A DNA stretch of 64,000 bases from Paragordius varius. Its lineage: Eukaryota; Animalia; Nematomorpha. Shown here piece by piece: positions 1 to 12,604 of the stretch; position 1 is the first letter of the stretch, and every line of letters begins with the position of its first letter. The DNA lies in NCBI GenBank assembly GCA_964247055.1, contig OZ176052.1, forward strand, positions 7,998,001-8,062,000, read 5' to 3'. The translations under genes and the position numbers were made by a program. The notes under the pieces are model-generated. The model saw only the letters and a program-made list of their open reading frames with translations. It did not search any database and was not told the DNA's origin.

Positions 1-523
1 ACAGAATTAGCCATAAAAAATATATACTTAGAAAATCAAAACCATCAAACTAAAATTTTAAAAATTATATCTGTTTTTGTTCATGCATGATAAAATTTAA
101 GACTTTAAAACAAAATTTAGAGATTACATTTTTGGAAAACATACTGCGTGTAATTTCGAGAAATTTTCTTTGTCGCTTTTTGTTAAACATACTATTCTAT
201 TAAATTATATGATATGTGAGGTCATTTTTATAAAGTTTAATACCTATTATATTTAAAGTTTTAAGAGGCTCAATATCGTGAAATAAATACAGAAATTAAA
301 TATAAAATGGTTTAATTAGGAATTAATTGATGGATTGAATCGGGATAGATTAGTATATAAGATATACTGAAAAAAAAACAGGATTATATATCTAAATTGA
401 AACCCGTTTTCCTCAAAAATAATTTGTCAATCAACAATTTAATACTCTAATTCACAAACAGTAGGTTTTTTAATCTAAATTAAAAATTCCATAAGTACGT
501 AAAAAAACTTTTGACTAATACAG

Positions 524-3500
524 CTTTGTAAAATCTATACGGAGCATTCAAGATTTGAATTACACAAATTTAGGGCTAAATTCGCCAAGATTAGCGCAAA
601 GTGGAAATCCTTTACCTAATCCACGTATAATTACGACCAAAATTTTTGGGAACGAAGATAAACCTCATTCATCTCTGAGTATTTTAACGATGACATTTGG
701 ACAATTCTTGGATCATGATATAACTCAAACACCTTTCCCCACAGGTAAATTGGTTTTAAATTTTGTGCACCAAAAAATAATTTTTGACTGAAGGTAATGT
801 ATAACAGTTGTAAACATTCCTGTTTTCATAAATGATTTATGGATACCAATTTAGTAAACGACAAACAACAGTAGATCCACTATTGTTTTGTAATTTATTT
901 GACAAATATTTAATAGGTGGTGTTTTACGTCAATGTTGTTTGGTTAATTTTATTTTCTCTCTTAACACTCTAATGTAACATGACAAAGGGTTAATGGCTG
1001 CTTTTTAGTGTAAAATTTCTTGGACTTAATTTCATTTTAACACAAGAAAATTAATGTTATTAACCCATCTATCATCATTATCTCTTTTAATATAATAATG
1101 TTTTACTTATATATTTATTTTGTAATATAGAGTTAGGAATCAGGCTACATGAACCGAAAAAAATATTATCCCATTTAAAATTCATATAAATTTCACCTTT
1201 AATCATTAAAATAATTTAAAACTTTTTTTTAAAATTAAGTTTTTATGGATAATGTATGAAGAAGGCTTTTATGTTCTTTTTTGATGTTTTTCCCTTTGAT
1301 GTGACAAAATATTCATTTATAATCAAAATACTTTAGTAATGAATTTTGTGGATAACATTACTATTATCAAGAAAAACTACCAGGCGTATTTTGTCTTTAG
1401 CTCTGCCTTTCAATCCAAACAGACCATAAAAATAATCGAGTGAAAATATTATCTTTTTTAAATTTTCCCGTAAATTATTTACAAAGGTTGTTGGTGACAT
1501 GAATTTTTTTTAATTTTGTAATTTATTTAACAAAAATGAATTGTATCTTTGTAATATGGGATTTAAATAATTGGATTATATTAAAAATTTATGAATAAGA
1601 TTGCCATTTAAAAGTAAGTCCCATCCTCTAAGTTATTCCATTTAAACAATTTTAACTTAAATTAATTAAAGTTCTAATAAATTTAACAGTTTCCCGAGGG
1701 TGCCAGTGTTTAAATAACATAAATTTAGAAACTACTATGGATCCCCCCCCCCCCCGCCTTATAAAACTCCTGATTAAACAGAAAATAAAACTGAATTCTC
1801 CAAATCATGACTCTTTTTGAAAAATATATAAAATGGAATTTATAATTAATATTTCTTATTATATAGTATATTACCAATATATACTAGTGATAATTTAAAA
1901 TAAAATAAAAAATAATTGAATTTATTTTGGCTCATTTGAGGGTTCTATAATGCGCACAAACTTAGTGATTTGAGGAAGGTATGCTTAATTTTAAACAGTA
2001 GTTTGAAAGTTAGGGCCATATAAAAGTCGAAAAAGGACAAGATCTACATATACTTATGTTTATGGACGCTTTAAAAAGATCATTATGAAGTCCAACTGGC
2101 ATATGCATTCAGAAATGAATACTACAATATGCACATTAATGCTGATCAATTCAGATTATTGTTGGACAATTGGTAATGCAGTAGCTAGGGTTGCGCAAAG
2201 TCCGGTCAGACCCAGTCAGACCATGGTCATGACCACGGTCAAGACCACTTTTTACTTAAGTATATATCATGCGATATTGGATTGTCAAAATATTGTTAGA
2301 GTTACACTTGCATTTCACATTAATGTCATGTTTATTTTTAAAAGTTTGTATCATACATTTTTTTAAATACATTTTGCCATATGTTTGTGGCCTTCTGAAG
2401 CTATACATAGCTTTAAATACTGGATATTTCAAAAAAAATTTACCTATTTTGTTTTATTTCTACTTAAAATTCCAATTAGGATGTTTATTTTATTTTATAC
2501 ATATATGGAATAATTGCATGCAGGGTGCTTGATTGTTTTGTTTTACGAAATACCTTTATGCTTAAATGCTATTATAAGGATGTATGTTAACAATTTTTAA
2601 TATATTGTTAGATAAGGATATTTAAATATTTAATTTTATTTTTAAAAAATATATTAAAAAAATAAAATGCAATCTCTCTACCAAGAATATTACTAGCAAT
2701 TTTTTAAAAACAGCTGTTTTTTAATTGACCATGGTCAAAAAATAAATAGTCACTGACCAAGTCATGATCCGGTCAAATGACCGGGTCATGACTTGGTCAG
2801 CACAACCCTATCAGTAGCATATGGGTATAAAACAAAAAATGGTTAAAATTGCATTTTTTTATAAATTTCGCAACATTATATTTTATTTAATTATGGACAA
2901 AATTTGTTTTATATTATACGCTACTGTAATACTGATAGAATTGACTAGCAATAATGTGCATACTGTATATTTCAAATAAAAACAAAATGAAATTATAAAA
3001 GATGATTTGCATACATTTTATCGTATTGGTTTTTTTGCCTATTTGAATAATACATCTTTCTTTATAAAGTAAAAATGAATGTTTACTTTAGTAAATTTAT
3101 GAATATTACAACATCATATAATAATTAATTTACCAACCAGTAGCCTATATACTTAATATCTAGATAAGTTTATTTCAGCATCAAAATATTTAAAATTGTT
3201 ATTCAATATTTTCACATATATTGTATATGACTTTAGAATATTATTTTTTTAATTTATATTTTTTCAAAATTTGAATTTGCTTTTAATGTTATTGATAGTA
3301 GCAGTAATTAAAATTAATATAAATCAAGCATTAAATACAGTATCTAAAATCATACGTTTACCGTTTCTTAATAAATTAGATATACATTGATTAAAAACAT
3401 AGGATTAACTAAAGTGCCTTAAAATTTTCTATTCATTACAAGCGCTAAAGTTAACAAAAAAATAACCAAATATCATATAATTTATAATTATGTGCTGAAA

Positions 3501-4236
3501 CTTCCAATTCGACATCCCGTATCCCGAAAAAATAAAAAAGTCCTTAAAATATAAATTAACTTATAATTGTTTTAACTAAATAAGGTTTTAATAAAATTTT
3601 GTAAACAAACACAGGTCGACAATCACCCAAGTTGGAATGTTGTCAATTTAAATACAAACATCCCTTGTGTTATGGACTCCTTTTTCCATTGGATGACCCC
3701 TTCTACTCACGATACAATCAAACTTGCATGAATGCTGTACGCTCGTTCCCAGCCCTCCGACCTGATTGTAGAATAGGTTAGAGATCATTTTATATGCAAT
3801 TATAAACTTTCAAATGTAATACTTACCATTGACATGTAATTAAAAATTAAATGTTAAATTTATTGATTTGTACAAAAAAGTGCGTATTTCTTTGCAATGA
3901 ATTTTTTCGCTAAAGTTAGTTGGAATCACAAATGCGAGTGTTAGGACAAAACACAAAAGTTTTTTTCATTAATTAAAATTGTTAAAACATTTTTTTTTCA
4001 AGAGGATTAAGTTTTCGATAAAAATTTGGCATTTATACAATTTTTAGTTTGTTTAAAGAGCTTTACGTCAAACATGATGGATTTATATGCCAGAGTGTTC
4101 ATTTTTTTAAAGCTAAACCATGTATAGATTAAAACATTTTAAAACGAACTTAAGCCAATAAGAGTGTTGCGTAATCATTATTTTTTTTAACTTTTTGTCC
4201 GGAATATTTAATTTTAGGCCACCAAATATATTAATA

Positions 4237-4294
<58 letters not shown>

Positions 4295-7200
4295 ATGAAT
4301 TTTGCCAATTTTTTGACTAAATTACTATTTTAACTTTGTCAGAGTAAAAATTAGGAGTTGTCAACCACAATAAAAAAATCCGACGAGCCGCATACAAAAA
4401 ATAGTAAAACACATAGGCATTATTAGAGTCCAAACATGGGACTGTAATTTGTTACAAATACAATACAACCGCCGATTAAAATTATTTTACCATTTAATTG
4501 AAAGTAATTTTAAAACAGCACAAGTGCATAATTTTACTAAGAAAATGATATATAAATATTAGGATATTTTTAGAAATGTTAAAAGATGCTATATTTTTAA
4601 GTTTTAAAATTTTTTTACGGGTAACAAAAAAAGGAGTGCAGGGCGCGTGTTGGACTCCTGATAAAAATTTAAACAACCACAAAACTTTTTACAATTACAC
4701 ATCCAGATTTGGGTAGACAAGGGACAAATGTATTATATAAAAAATCATGAGCTTTTATTTCAATTAAAATGGGATGTAACATTAATGAGGCAAATTAAAA
4801 TATAGGATGAAATAAAATAAATATAATATTATTTTTACGACGAAAATTATATATGTATATTTAGATAAGGTAAACTTATCAAATTTTTTTAACGTATTTT
4901 TTCGGAGAAAATTAATCTAAACAATATGACACCAATTATTATCTATTGATCGCTTATAGTAATAGCATAATATTTTATAAAGATATATTTTATAATATAA
5001 TTAATGGACTAAATAGGGTAAGCAGCAACTGGCCATGATAACAAAAGCTGAAAATATATAAGCGATGGTTGGTTATACATAAATGGGATACTAGATGTTT
5101 TTCCTATTTAATATAATTTCAAGAAGAGGTCCAGCCCCATAAAACCCACCGTTAATGTTAATGAAAACTCTTTTGATTTTTTTTCGTTCCCAATATTAAA
5201 TGCTGTGTTTATAAATCCTTATTTAAATGTATTTATATTAGTTGTTATTAATTTATATTTTAGGGCCGCGAGAACAAATGAATCAAATAACTTCATATAT
5301 TGATGCTTCAAACATCTACGGGAGTACTTTGGAAGAGAATTATGCTTTGCGATTAGTTACTTCACGTAAGTCAGCAGGATTTTGTTTTTGACTCAAAATT
5401 ATTTAAATTTAATTTTGCTTATCATTCTTTATAGCAAGGTTAAAAGTTGCACCGAATCCTACTAATTCCAGACTACGAGAACTTTTGCCTGCTATGGCCA
5501 ACTTACAAATTGAGGAATGTATTTATGCACGCCGTGCAAAATACCATTGTTTTAGGGCAGGTTAACCTTTACAATATTCCATGACATGAAATTAATTTAG
5601 TTTAAGCGAGAATTTGGTAACTAGACTTTATAACTAATTTAATTAATATTCAGAACTAATTTAATTTTATGGATTTTCCTTATAATTGATAGAGAATAAA
5701 GGTTGAATAAAACTTCTATATTAGATGAACCATACTAGAATTTATGAGTAATTTATAGAACCAGTGCATTAGAGATTAAAACTAATTTCAAAACGCTCAC
5801 CAAAAAGATTAGCCGTTTCTGCGGTGTTTTCTGGGGTGTCTAAAAATGGTTTTAAACCGGGTTTTAATTTTAAACCCTGTTTTTTTCGCACTTTTATTTA
5901 GCATCTTAATTAAATTAATCAACGTGAATAGGTGACGAGCGAAGCAATGAGAATACAGCACTCACTGCAATGCACACCATATGGGTTCGCGAACACAATC
6001 GAGTGGCCGAGTGGCTGGAAAATTTAAATGAACATTGGCCTAAAGAAAAATGGTAATTATACGACTAAGCTTTAAAAAAGAAGTGACAAATGTAAAAAAT
6101 TTAGGATTGGGCATTAGTTTCTAAAAAAATGCTGTTTTTTTAAACACTTATATATTGCTAGATACGATGGGTCCGCATAAGCGTCTCAGGACCAAAGGAA
6201 TTTTTTCATTTTCTTGTATTGTGTTTTTTCGATTTATAGTTTTTTCAGCATGTTGGCAGGGGCATGTATTTTGAGATATTCCGCAACTGGCAGCGGCTTC
6301 TTAAGATCGTGAATTTATTTATTTAATATTAAACCAAACCAACTTTATTTTGTTACCGATTTACATGGTTTAAATACCCACAACATCTTGACCGGTTTGT
6401 ATTTATAAAATGGAATAGCTTATTAATTATTTTTAAATCGCTACCGCTTTTGTATGAAATCTTATGATTGTTTCTTTGTTTAATAAATATATAGCATGTT
6501 CTAGGAATTCCAAAACTTTTATTTTATCTTAAAATTCAATTAGCTTTCAAGAAACTAGAAAAATCATTGGGGCCATGCTCCAACACATCACATACAAAGA
6601 ATTTTTACCAGCCCTACTTGGCCCAATCGAAATACAAAGGCATAAATTGGAACTTGCTGATACCGGTTATTTTTCGGGTTACAGTGAAGACATCGACGCA
6701 ACGACCGCCAACTCCTTTGGAGCTGCCGTATTTAGATTGGGTCATAGTTTAATCAAGTAAAATTAATCCTTGTTAAAAATATTTACAAATCAGTTGAAAT
6801 ATAATTTCTAAATATCTTATCTTATTTATTTAGTAATAATTTTCAAAGAATCGGTCATTTTGGGATTTATCATTCAGCCGTACCTCTGAAAAATACGTTA
6901 CGACAACCCCGAGGCATTTATCTTTCCCAATTTCCTGAAGGGGTAGATCCGTTACTCAGAGGTTTGGCAAGGACACCGGCAAACATTATTGATCATAACT
7001 TTGCGGCCGATATTAACAATCATTTGTTTCAGCATGAAAACCAAGGATACGGTAAAAAATCTGTCATTTTAAAATTCTATTCCTGCCAATGCAATTTGTA
7101 AGATAAATTTGCCATATTTCACAGATAAAAATGCATCAAATTTCCTACATTAACGGTTTAAAACAAGGGTGTCCAACATAAATGGCTTTGTGGAAGGCAT

Positions 7201-8466
7201 TTTTAGCTCAAAAATTGGGCGCGTTGGAAATATATATGGGCATTCGTAAATAATTTATTAGATTTCAAACATATGCCTTCAAAAAGAAAAGGAAATTCAA
7301 CAATGTTTCTCTTTCTTGCAATGAGGATGACTTATATATAAACAATTATCTAAGGAATGTGAATTTACCAATTGTGAATATATTTTTGCAAAGTATAGAT
7401 TCCAAATATTTCGGGGGCTGCACAGAAAGTTTGCCCCCCCCCCCCCTGGTTTACATAATAATTTTTTTATGTAAAAAAATTATCAAAAAAATATGCAATA
7501 TAGGAATGGATTTATTAGCGTTAAACATTCACCGAGGCCGTGATCACGGTATCCCAGGGTATAATGCTTTTCGGGAACTTTGTGGGCTTAAAAAGTTTGA
7601 GACTTGGGACGATATGAAAGATGCTATCCCGTTTGATGTGGTTGACAAAATGTCCAAAATATATGAGTAAAATATTTAATATTTTATAAGTGGTATTTTA
7701 AATGTGTAAGGATAATGAGCCTGCCATCCGTATTTCAAAAAACTATTTTACAATATTAATATACCATTTCTGTAGTCAATATAAAAAATTTAGAGACCAT
7801 TTATCTGGTTTATGCCGTGATTGTTAAATATTATATGAATATGATATTTTCAAAGTTAGGCTTTTAGAATTTGGATTTCGAAAAAAATTATCCTCAAAAA
7901 ATTAACTTTGATAAATCATTCTCCTTTATTAACATAGATCCGTGGATGATGTGGATTTATTCCCAGGAGGAATATCAGAATATCATGCAGAAGGCGCCGA
8001 AATCGGTCCAACTTTTGCTTGCATTATGGGTGACCAATTTTTTAGACTAAGGTTTGGGGACAGGTTTTGGTACGAAAATGAAAATCGTACAAATGTAATA
8101 GAACATGCATTTACACCAGGTATAATGACAAAAGTTTTTTTAAGTCCTAATTTGTAACCCATATCATAATTTTTTATATAATTTTAAAGCACAATTGCAA
8201 GAAATACGTAAAACAAGCATGGCAAAAGTATTATGCCAAAACTCTGATGGTATTTCAATCATACAACGAGACTTGTTTCATTTACCGAATTTCAAGTATT
8301 GTAAATTTTAATATAAAAAGATATTAATATGTGTTGACTATTTATTTATGCAATTAAACATATTAATTATCGATATTTTATGTTTAGTAACCCTTTATTG
8401 CCATGCAAAGAATTGCCAGACATTAACCTATCAGCATGGATAGATCGTAAGCAATACAAATATTAA
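524..8466 (+). CDS. Animal heme peroxidase (peroxidasin/peroxinectin-like), multi-exon, 5' part outside the window
   Basis: Spliced exons give [11 protein letters not shown] (distal His), [26 protein letters not shown]...[18 protein letters not shown] (proximal His), [27 protein letters not shown] and [10 protein letters not shown]. Stop TAA at 8464-8466. About 10 GT-AG introns, the smallest 69 nt. Confidence 0.93.
2186..2810. mobile_element. Non-autonomous hAT-type MITE (625 bp) in a peroxidase intron
   Basis: Termini TAGGGTTG...CAACCCTA; 8-bp flanks GCAGTAGC/TCAGTAGC (7/8 match); subterminal arrays of GGTCA/TGACC motifs at both ends. Confidence 0.8.
4239..4292. repeat. (AT)n microsatellite
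   Basis: Uninterrupted AT run; it explains the spurious MIYIYIY ORF. Confidence 0.95.
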
Positions 8467-8802
8467 TTTTGCCTAAATTTTTTAAAAATAATCTTTTAAA
8501 ATGTGTACCCTTTGAATTTTAAATATTATAAATTTTTTATGGTTCAGGGAACAGACCAAAAATAAATACGGATAATTTTGTAGTATATCCTACTCTTAAT
8601 ATTACTAACCGAATCACAGATATACAAAATAACATCAATATTTAACGTCGCCATGAACTTTACCATAAATATAAACTAATCTGGTCAACAATATGAATAA
8701 ATTTTTTATACATATACAATTTATTTCATGATACATATTTCATATAAAATTCTGTAATTAAAAATGAATGCTAGGTAAAACAAAATTTGTAAGAAATATA
8801 AA

Positions 8803-11800
8803 TTAAACATAATCGACAAATTGGATTTCACTCAAAAGCAATATGGAATAAGGCAAGGGCCGGGGTTGTGGTGAAAGTACAGTTATAGTTTCTCTGTCAA
8901 GATTAACATCGGTTCTAAGAGATGATAAATACAAAAAATTGGATAAAAATATTTGTCCGAAATTTTTTATTATAAAAAAAATTGAAATTATAAAGAGAGA
9001 AAAACGTAAAAAACAAATATTTATTATCAAAAATCTACAACCATATTTCTAAACCTTGATATTTTTTTATCGTTTTGACTTATAAAATAGAGAGAGATGT
9101 AGAATGGTATATCGCTTTCTTTATATTAAATTGTATTTATAGGGTGTATGTAGAAATAATTAAGGTATAGAATGTCCGTTTTTATATAAAAAATATTTGT
9201 CTCTTGCTCTATATTTTGTCTGTGCAATTGAGAAAAAAACAACGGAAAAATTTTTTGTCAATAAATAATTTTTAGATAACCAACAAAGTTTTCTCTTACA
9301 TGCAAACGAAACCGGCGATATTCGATTTGAGTATATCTTCTTCGGAATCCGTGGCAGACATACTCAGGGAAGCTAAGTGATGTTTGAGATCTTGAGCTAA
9401 AAATTAGAATTATAAAGACGAATGTAAAAACTAAAAGACAAATATTTTTTTGAGAAACCTATCGTAAGTTAAAATAATACAGAGACGATTAATTGGTAAT
9501 CCACTCAAATTGTAATCTTTTAAGTTATATAGAAATAATAGATATGGTTTAAAAAGGGTGTTTTAGTTTTTAATTAATTTTAATTTTTACTAGACATGTT
9601 AACAAAAAAAGTTATGTAAACCAAAAGTATGGCATTTACTAATTGCCTGGGGCGTAAAATTAAATTTGGTAAGAAAATATTTTACTTAATGGCACGGATA
9701 AAACTGAAAGTGTTTGGTCTTTCATTTTTGTCCCAATAGGGAGACATGAGTCAGGAAGAATTTCATCTTGACGATTGCCCAATCGAAACAGCTTTATTTC
9801 ATTAAATTTGATTTCAAAGGAATGTGGATAAAATCTAAATTAAGTTATGACGAAAAATATATATATATATGTTAAATAATATTTATAAAATCCAATTAAT
9901 TATTATTTACACATTATCTTTTGCCATAATAATTAATCTTTATAATTAGGGTTTTAAAAAAATAAATAATCTGCAACCTATGTTAAAATAGAGTTTTTAA
10001 CCAATCAAAACATAATATCATAACCGTTCAAAAATTCAATCATTTATTACCAAAAATGAATAGCTGTAACTTTAAAAACAACTTCCAAATTTCTCATATT
10101 TTTTATCATTGTTTTATATCACGTAAAAAATTTTAGTTTCACGAACCCTTATAATTAAAGTGTCGCACTTTTTTCCTAACTACATATAAATCCATTCAAA
10201 ATCGGCACACATCATACCTCAAACAATAAATTACATGAAAAAGGAAATAACCTTTTTTCCATGTTTGTTTCATCATTCAAGAGATTAGTAAAACTTTTGG
10301 GTAGTTGAGATAAAGGGTCTGAATCGTCGCGTTTGATTGCATTTGCAGTAGTGAGAGAGGAGGAATGAAAGGAATGGCCATAAAAATATTCACAGACGCG
10401 TTTATCTCGACACGTACTTCGATAAGCTTTACTACGGCTTACCACCTATCAAAAATATTAAAAAAAGGAAAAAAAAATTGAATAATTGTATTTTATTTTA
10501 ACTAATTTAATGAAAAAATTATATTACACATATAGAAAATAATTGTGTGAGTGTTTAATATTTTTCTTATTAACGATTGCCTAGTTGAGTGATATATTAT
10601 TAATCTTGACGGTTAAAATATGGCCAAATCATTTTAAGATAATAAGGATTGAATTATATATAAAATAGTATATTCTCCATTATAATTTGGACAAAATGAC
10701 ATTTAATTAAAATAAATTTTCCAAACAAGATCCTTAGTTATTTATAGTATAATTTTGTAAAGAAAAACAGTAAATTTAAAATCATTTGGAAAAAAGTAAA
10801 AAAAATAGTTTAGTACCCCTCCAGATTTGGGTAGCAACACTACCTTAACAAAAGGTGGTAAATCTCGTTTCAATTCAGTGTACAGCCTTTCCTGATCCAG
10901 TACTATTACGATATCCACTAAATTAAAAATTAATAAAATTCTATGAATTTTAAATTTTAAAATTTAAAAGCAAATATAGACAAACTAACCTTCAAAAGCT
11001 TGAGCTGCATGAGTCAAGGAGAGATAACCTTGTTGTTTTACCCATCCACAAGTATTTATGATGACACCGCTTTGATTGACTATAATAGTCAAAAACAAAA
11101 GTTTAATTTATATTACCCTTAAAACCACAAAGTTGTAAAATGTTATGATGCAATAACAAATATTTAGTATTTGACCAATCATTGAAAATGATAAGTGATG
11201 ATTTTCGCATTAGTGTATATTAAAATCAAATATATTTTTGAAACCAATAAAAAACTATATATGTTTAATGGCTACTTTTAGGTTTTTCCGTACACTTTTT
11301 ATCAATGATTTCAGCCAAGTGTGTAATAGATTGTCTATACAAATTAATATTGTCACCGGGTGAATTGCGTCCATAATGGATGACCATTGGCGCAGCGATG
11401 TTTGAATATAAATTCCAACATTCTTGACTTTCTATAGTTTTTTCTACTTGAATGGCACCTTTCAAAAATGTATAAATGGGTTATGCGAAAGACAATCCCA
11501 AAATAATATTTTAACAGAAACATGATGTAATAAATTACTGATTGTGCCAGGGATTGATACTGAACCCTATAATATAAAAAATTTATAAATTTTCACTTTA
11601 AAATATTTTATATTGAGAGAACTAACTTGTCCAACATCTAAATCCACGAATATGGGCTTCCAACCCATACGAACAGCATAGTTAAGAAGTATAAGGGATA
11701 AAGTAGTTTTCCCCACATCGCTAGGTCCAACAATCATAATCTATAAAAAATGTTTTTTATGATAGTAGTTCCCCTAACTTTTGTTAATTGATACCCATTT

Positions 11801-12502
11801 ATGATGCACTTTCCCAATTTTAAAATGTTCTAGTTTTAAAAAAATTACCATTTTTATTTTTTAATATCTAATATTATATAAATACTATATTATAATAATA
11901 TGACATGGAGGCTAAATTATATTCATATTATTTATTAAAAAGTGATGCGAATAATGAGCCATAACCCCTATAATCGGAATAATTTCAAGATTCAAGATAT
12001 ACTGCTAGTTAAAATTAATTTTCCCACAATCGGAATAATTTCAAGGTTGAGGGTGCAGGTTAAAAAAGTAAATAAATTTTTTTTATAATAAACTTGTATA
12101 TAAATACCCTTGGTCCTCTGGAAAGATTATCACGGGCACCACGACGCATACGTTCAAGAACGGCATGAGTGTTCACATAACATATCATAGGAGTTTCTTG
12201 TGATACATAAGCTATATCATCCAGATTAACTAAATCGGTTGGATCAATCAAGTTTTCAACCTTCAACACAAGCGATGCCCCATGCCAGGAATATATGGAA
12301 AATTTCGATCCTGGGTATATAATGATAGGTTTTTCAACTACAAGTTCATTACCAAATATTTCTGCAGTCCCAGATTTTAGCTTATATTAATAAAGAAAAA
12401 ATATACCTCAACTATACCAATATAATTGTCATCCAACTCAATTCTGAGTTCAGATTCGGGGTCAATTTTGTAATTTTTTTCATTTTTCGTATTTACACTC
12501 AT
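8803..12502 (-). CDS. CLP1: Polyribonucleotide 5'-hydroxyl-kinase Clp1
   Basis: [22 protein letters not shown]..., AEIFGNEL, P-loop [50 protein letters not shown], and C-terminal [11 protein letters not shown]...IQFVDYV*. First intron is 26 nt (12381-12406). Confidence 0.93.
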
Positions 12503-12604
12503 TTTAATTTGATTGAATTAAAAAATTTAAGGGTAAAATTTGAATTTTTGGTCGATTATCTGGGCATACATTTACACCGATGTAAAAACATGTGAACCAA
12601 TTGG
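12503..12604. promoter_or_regulatory. Putative bidirectional promoter between CLP1 and the SETD3-like gene
   Basis: Divergent ATGs at 12502 (-) and 12605 (+) are separated by 102 bp. The SETD3-like start is inferred. Confidence 0.55.

Noticed and set aside
4113-4295. 60-aa ORF MIYIYIY...
   Set aside because: Translation of an (AT)n microsatellite.
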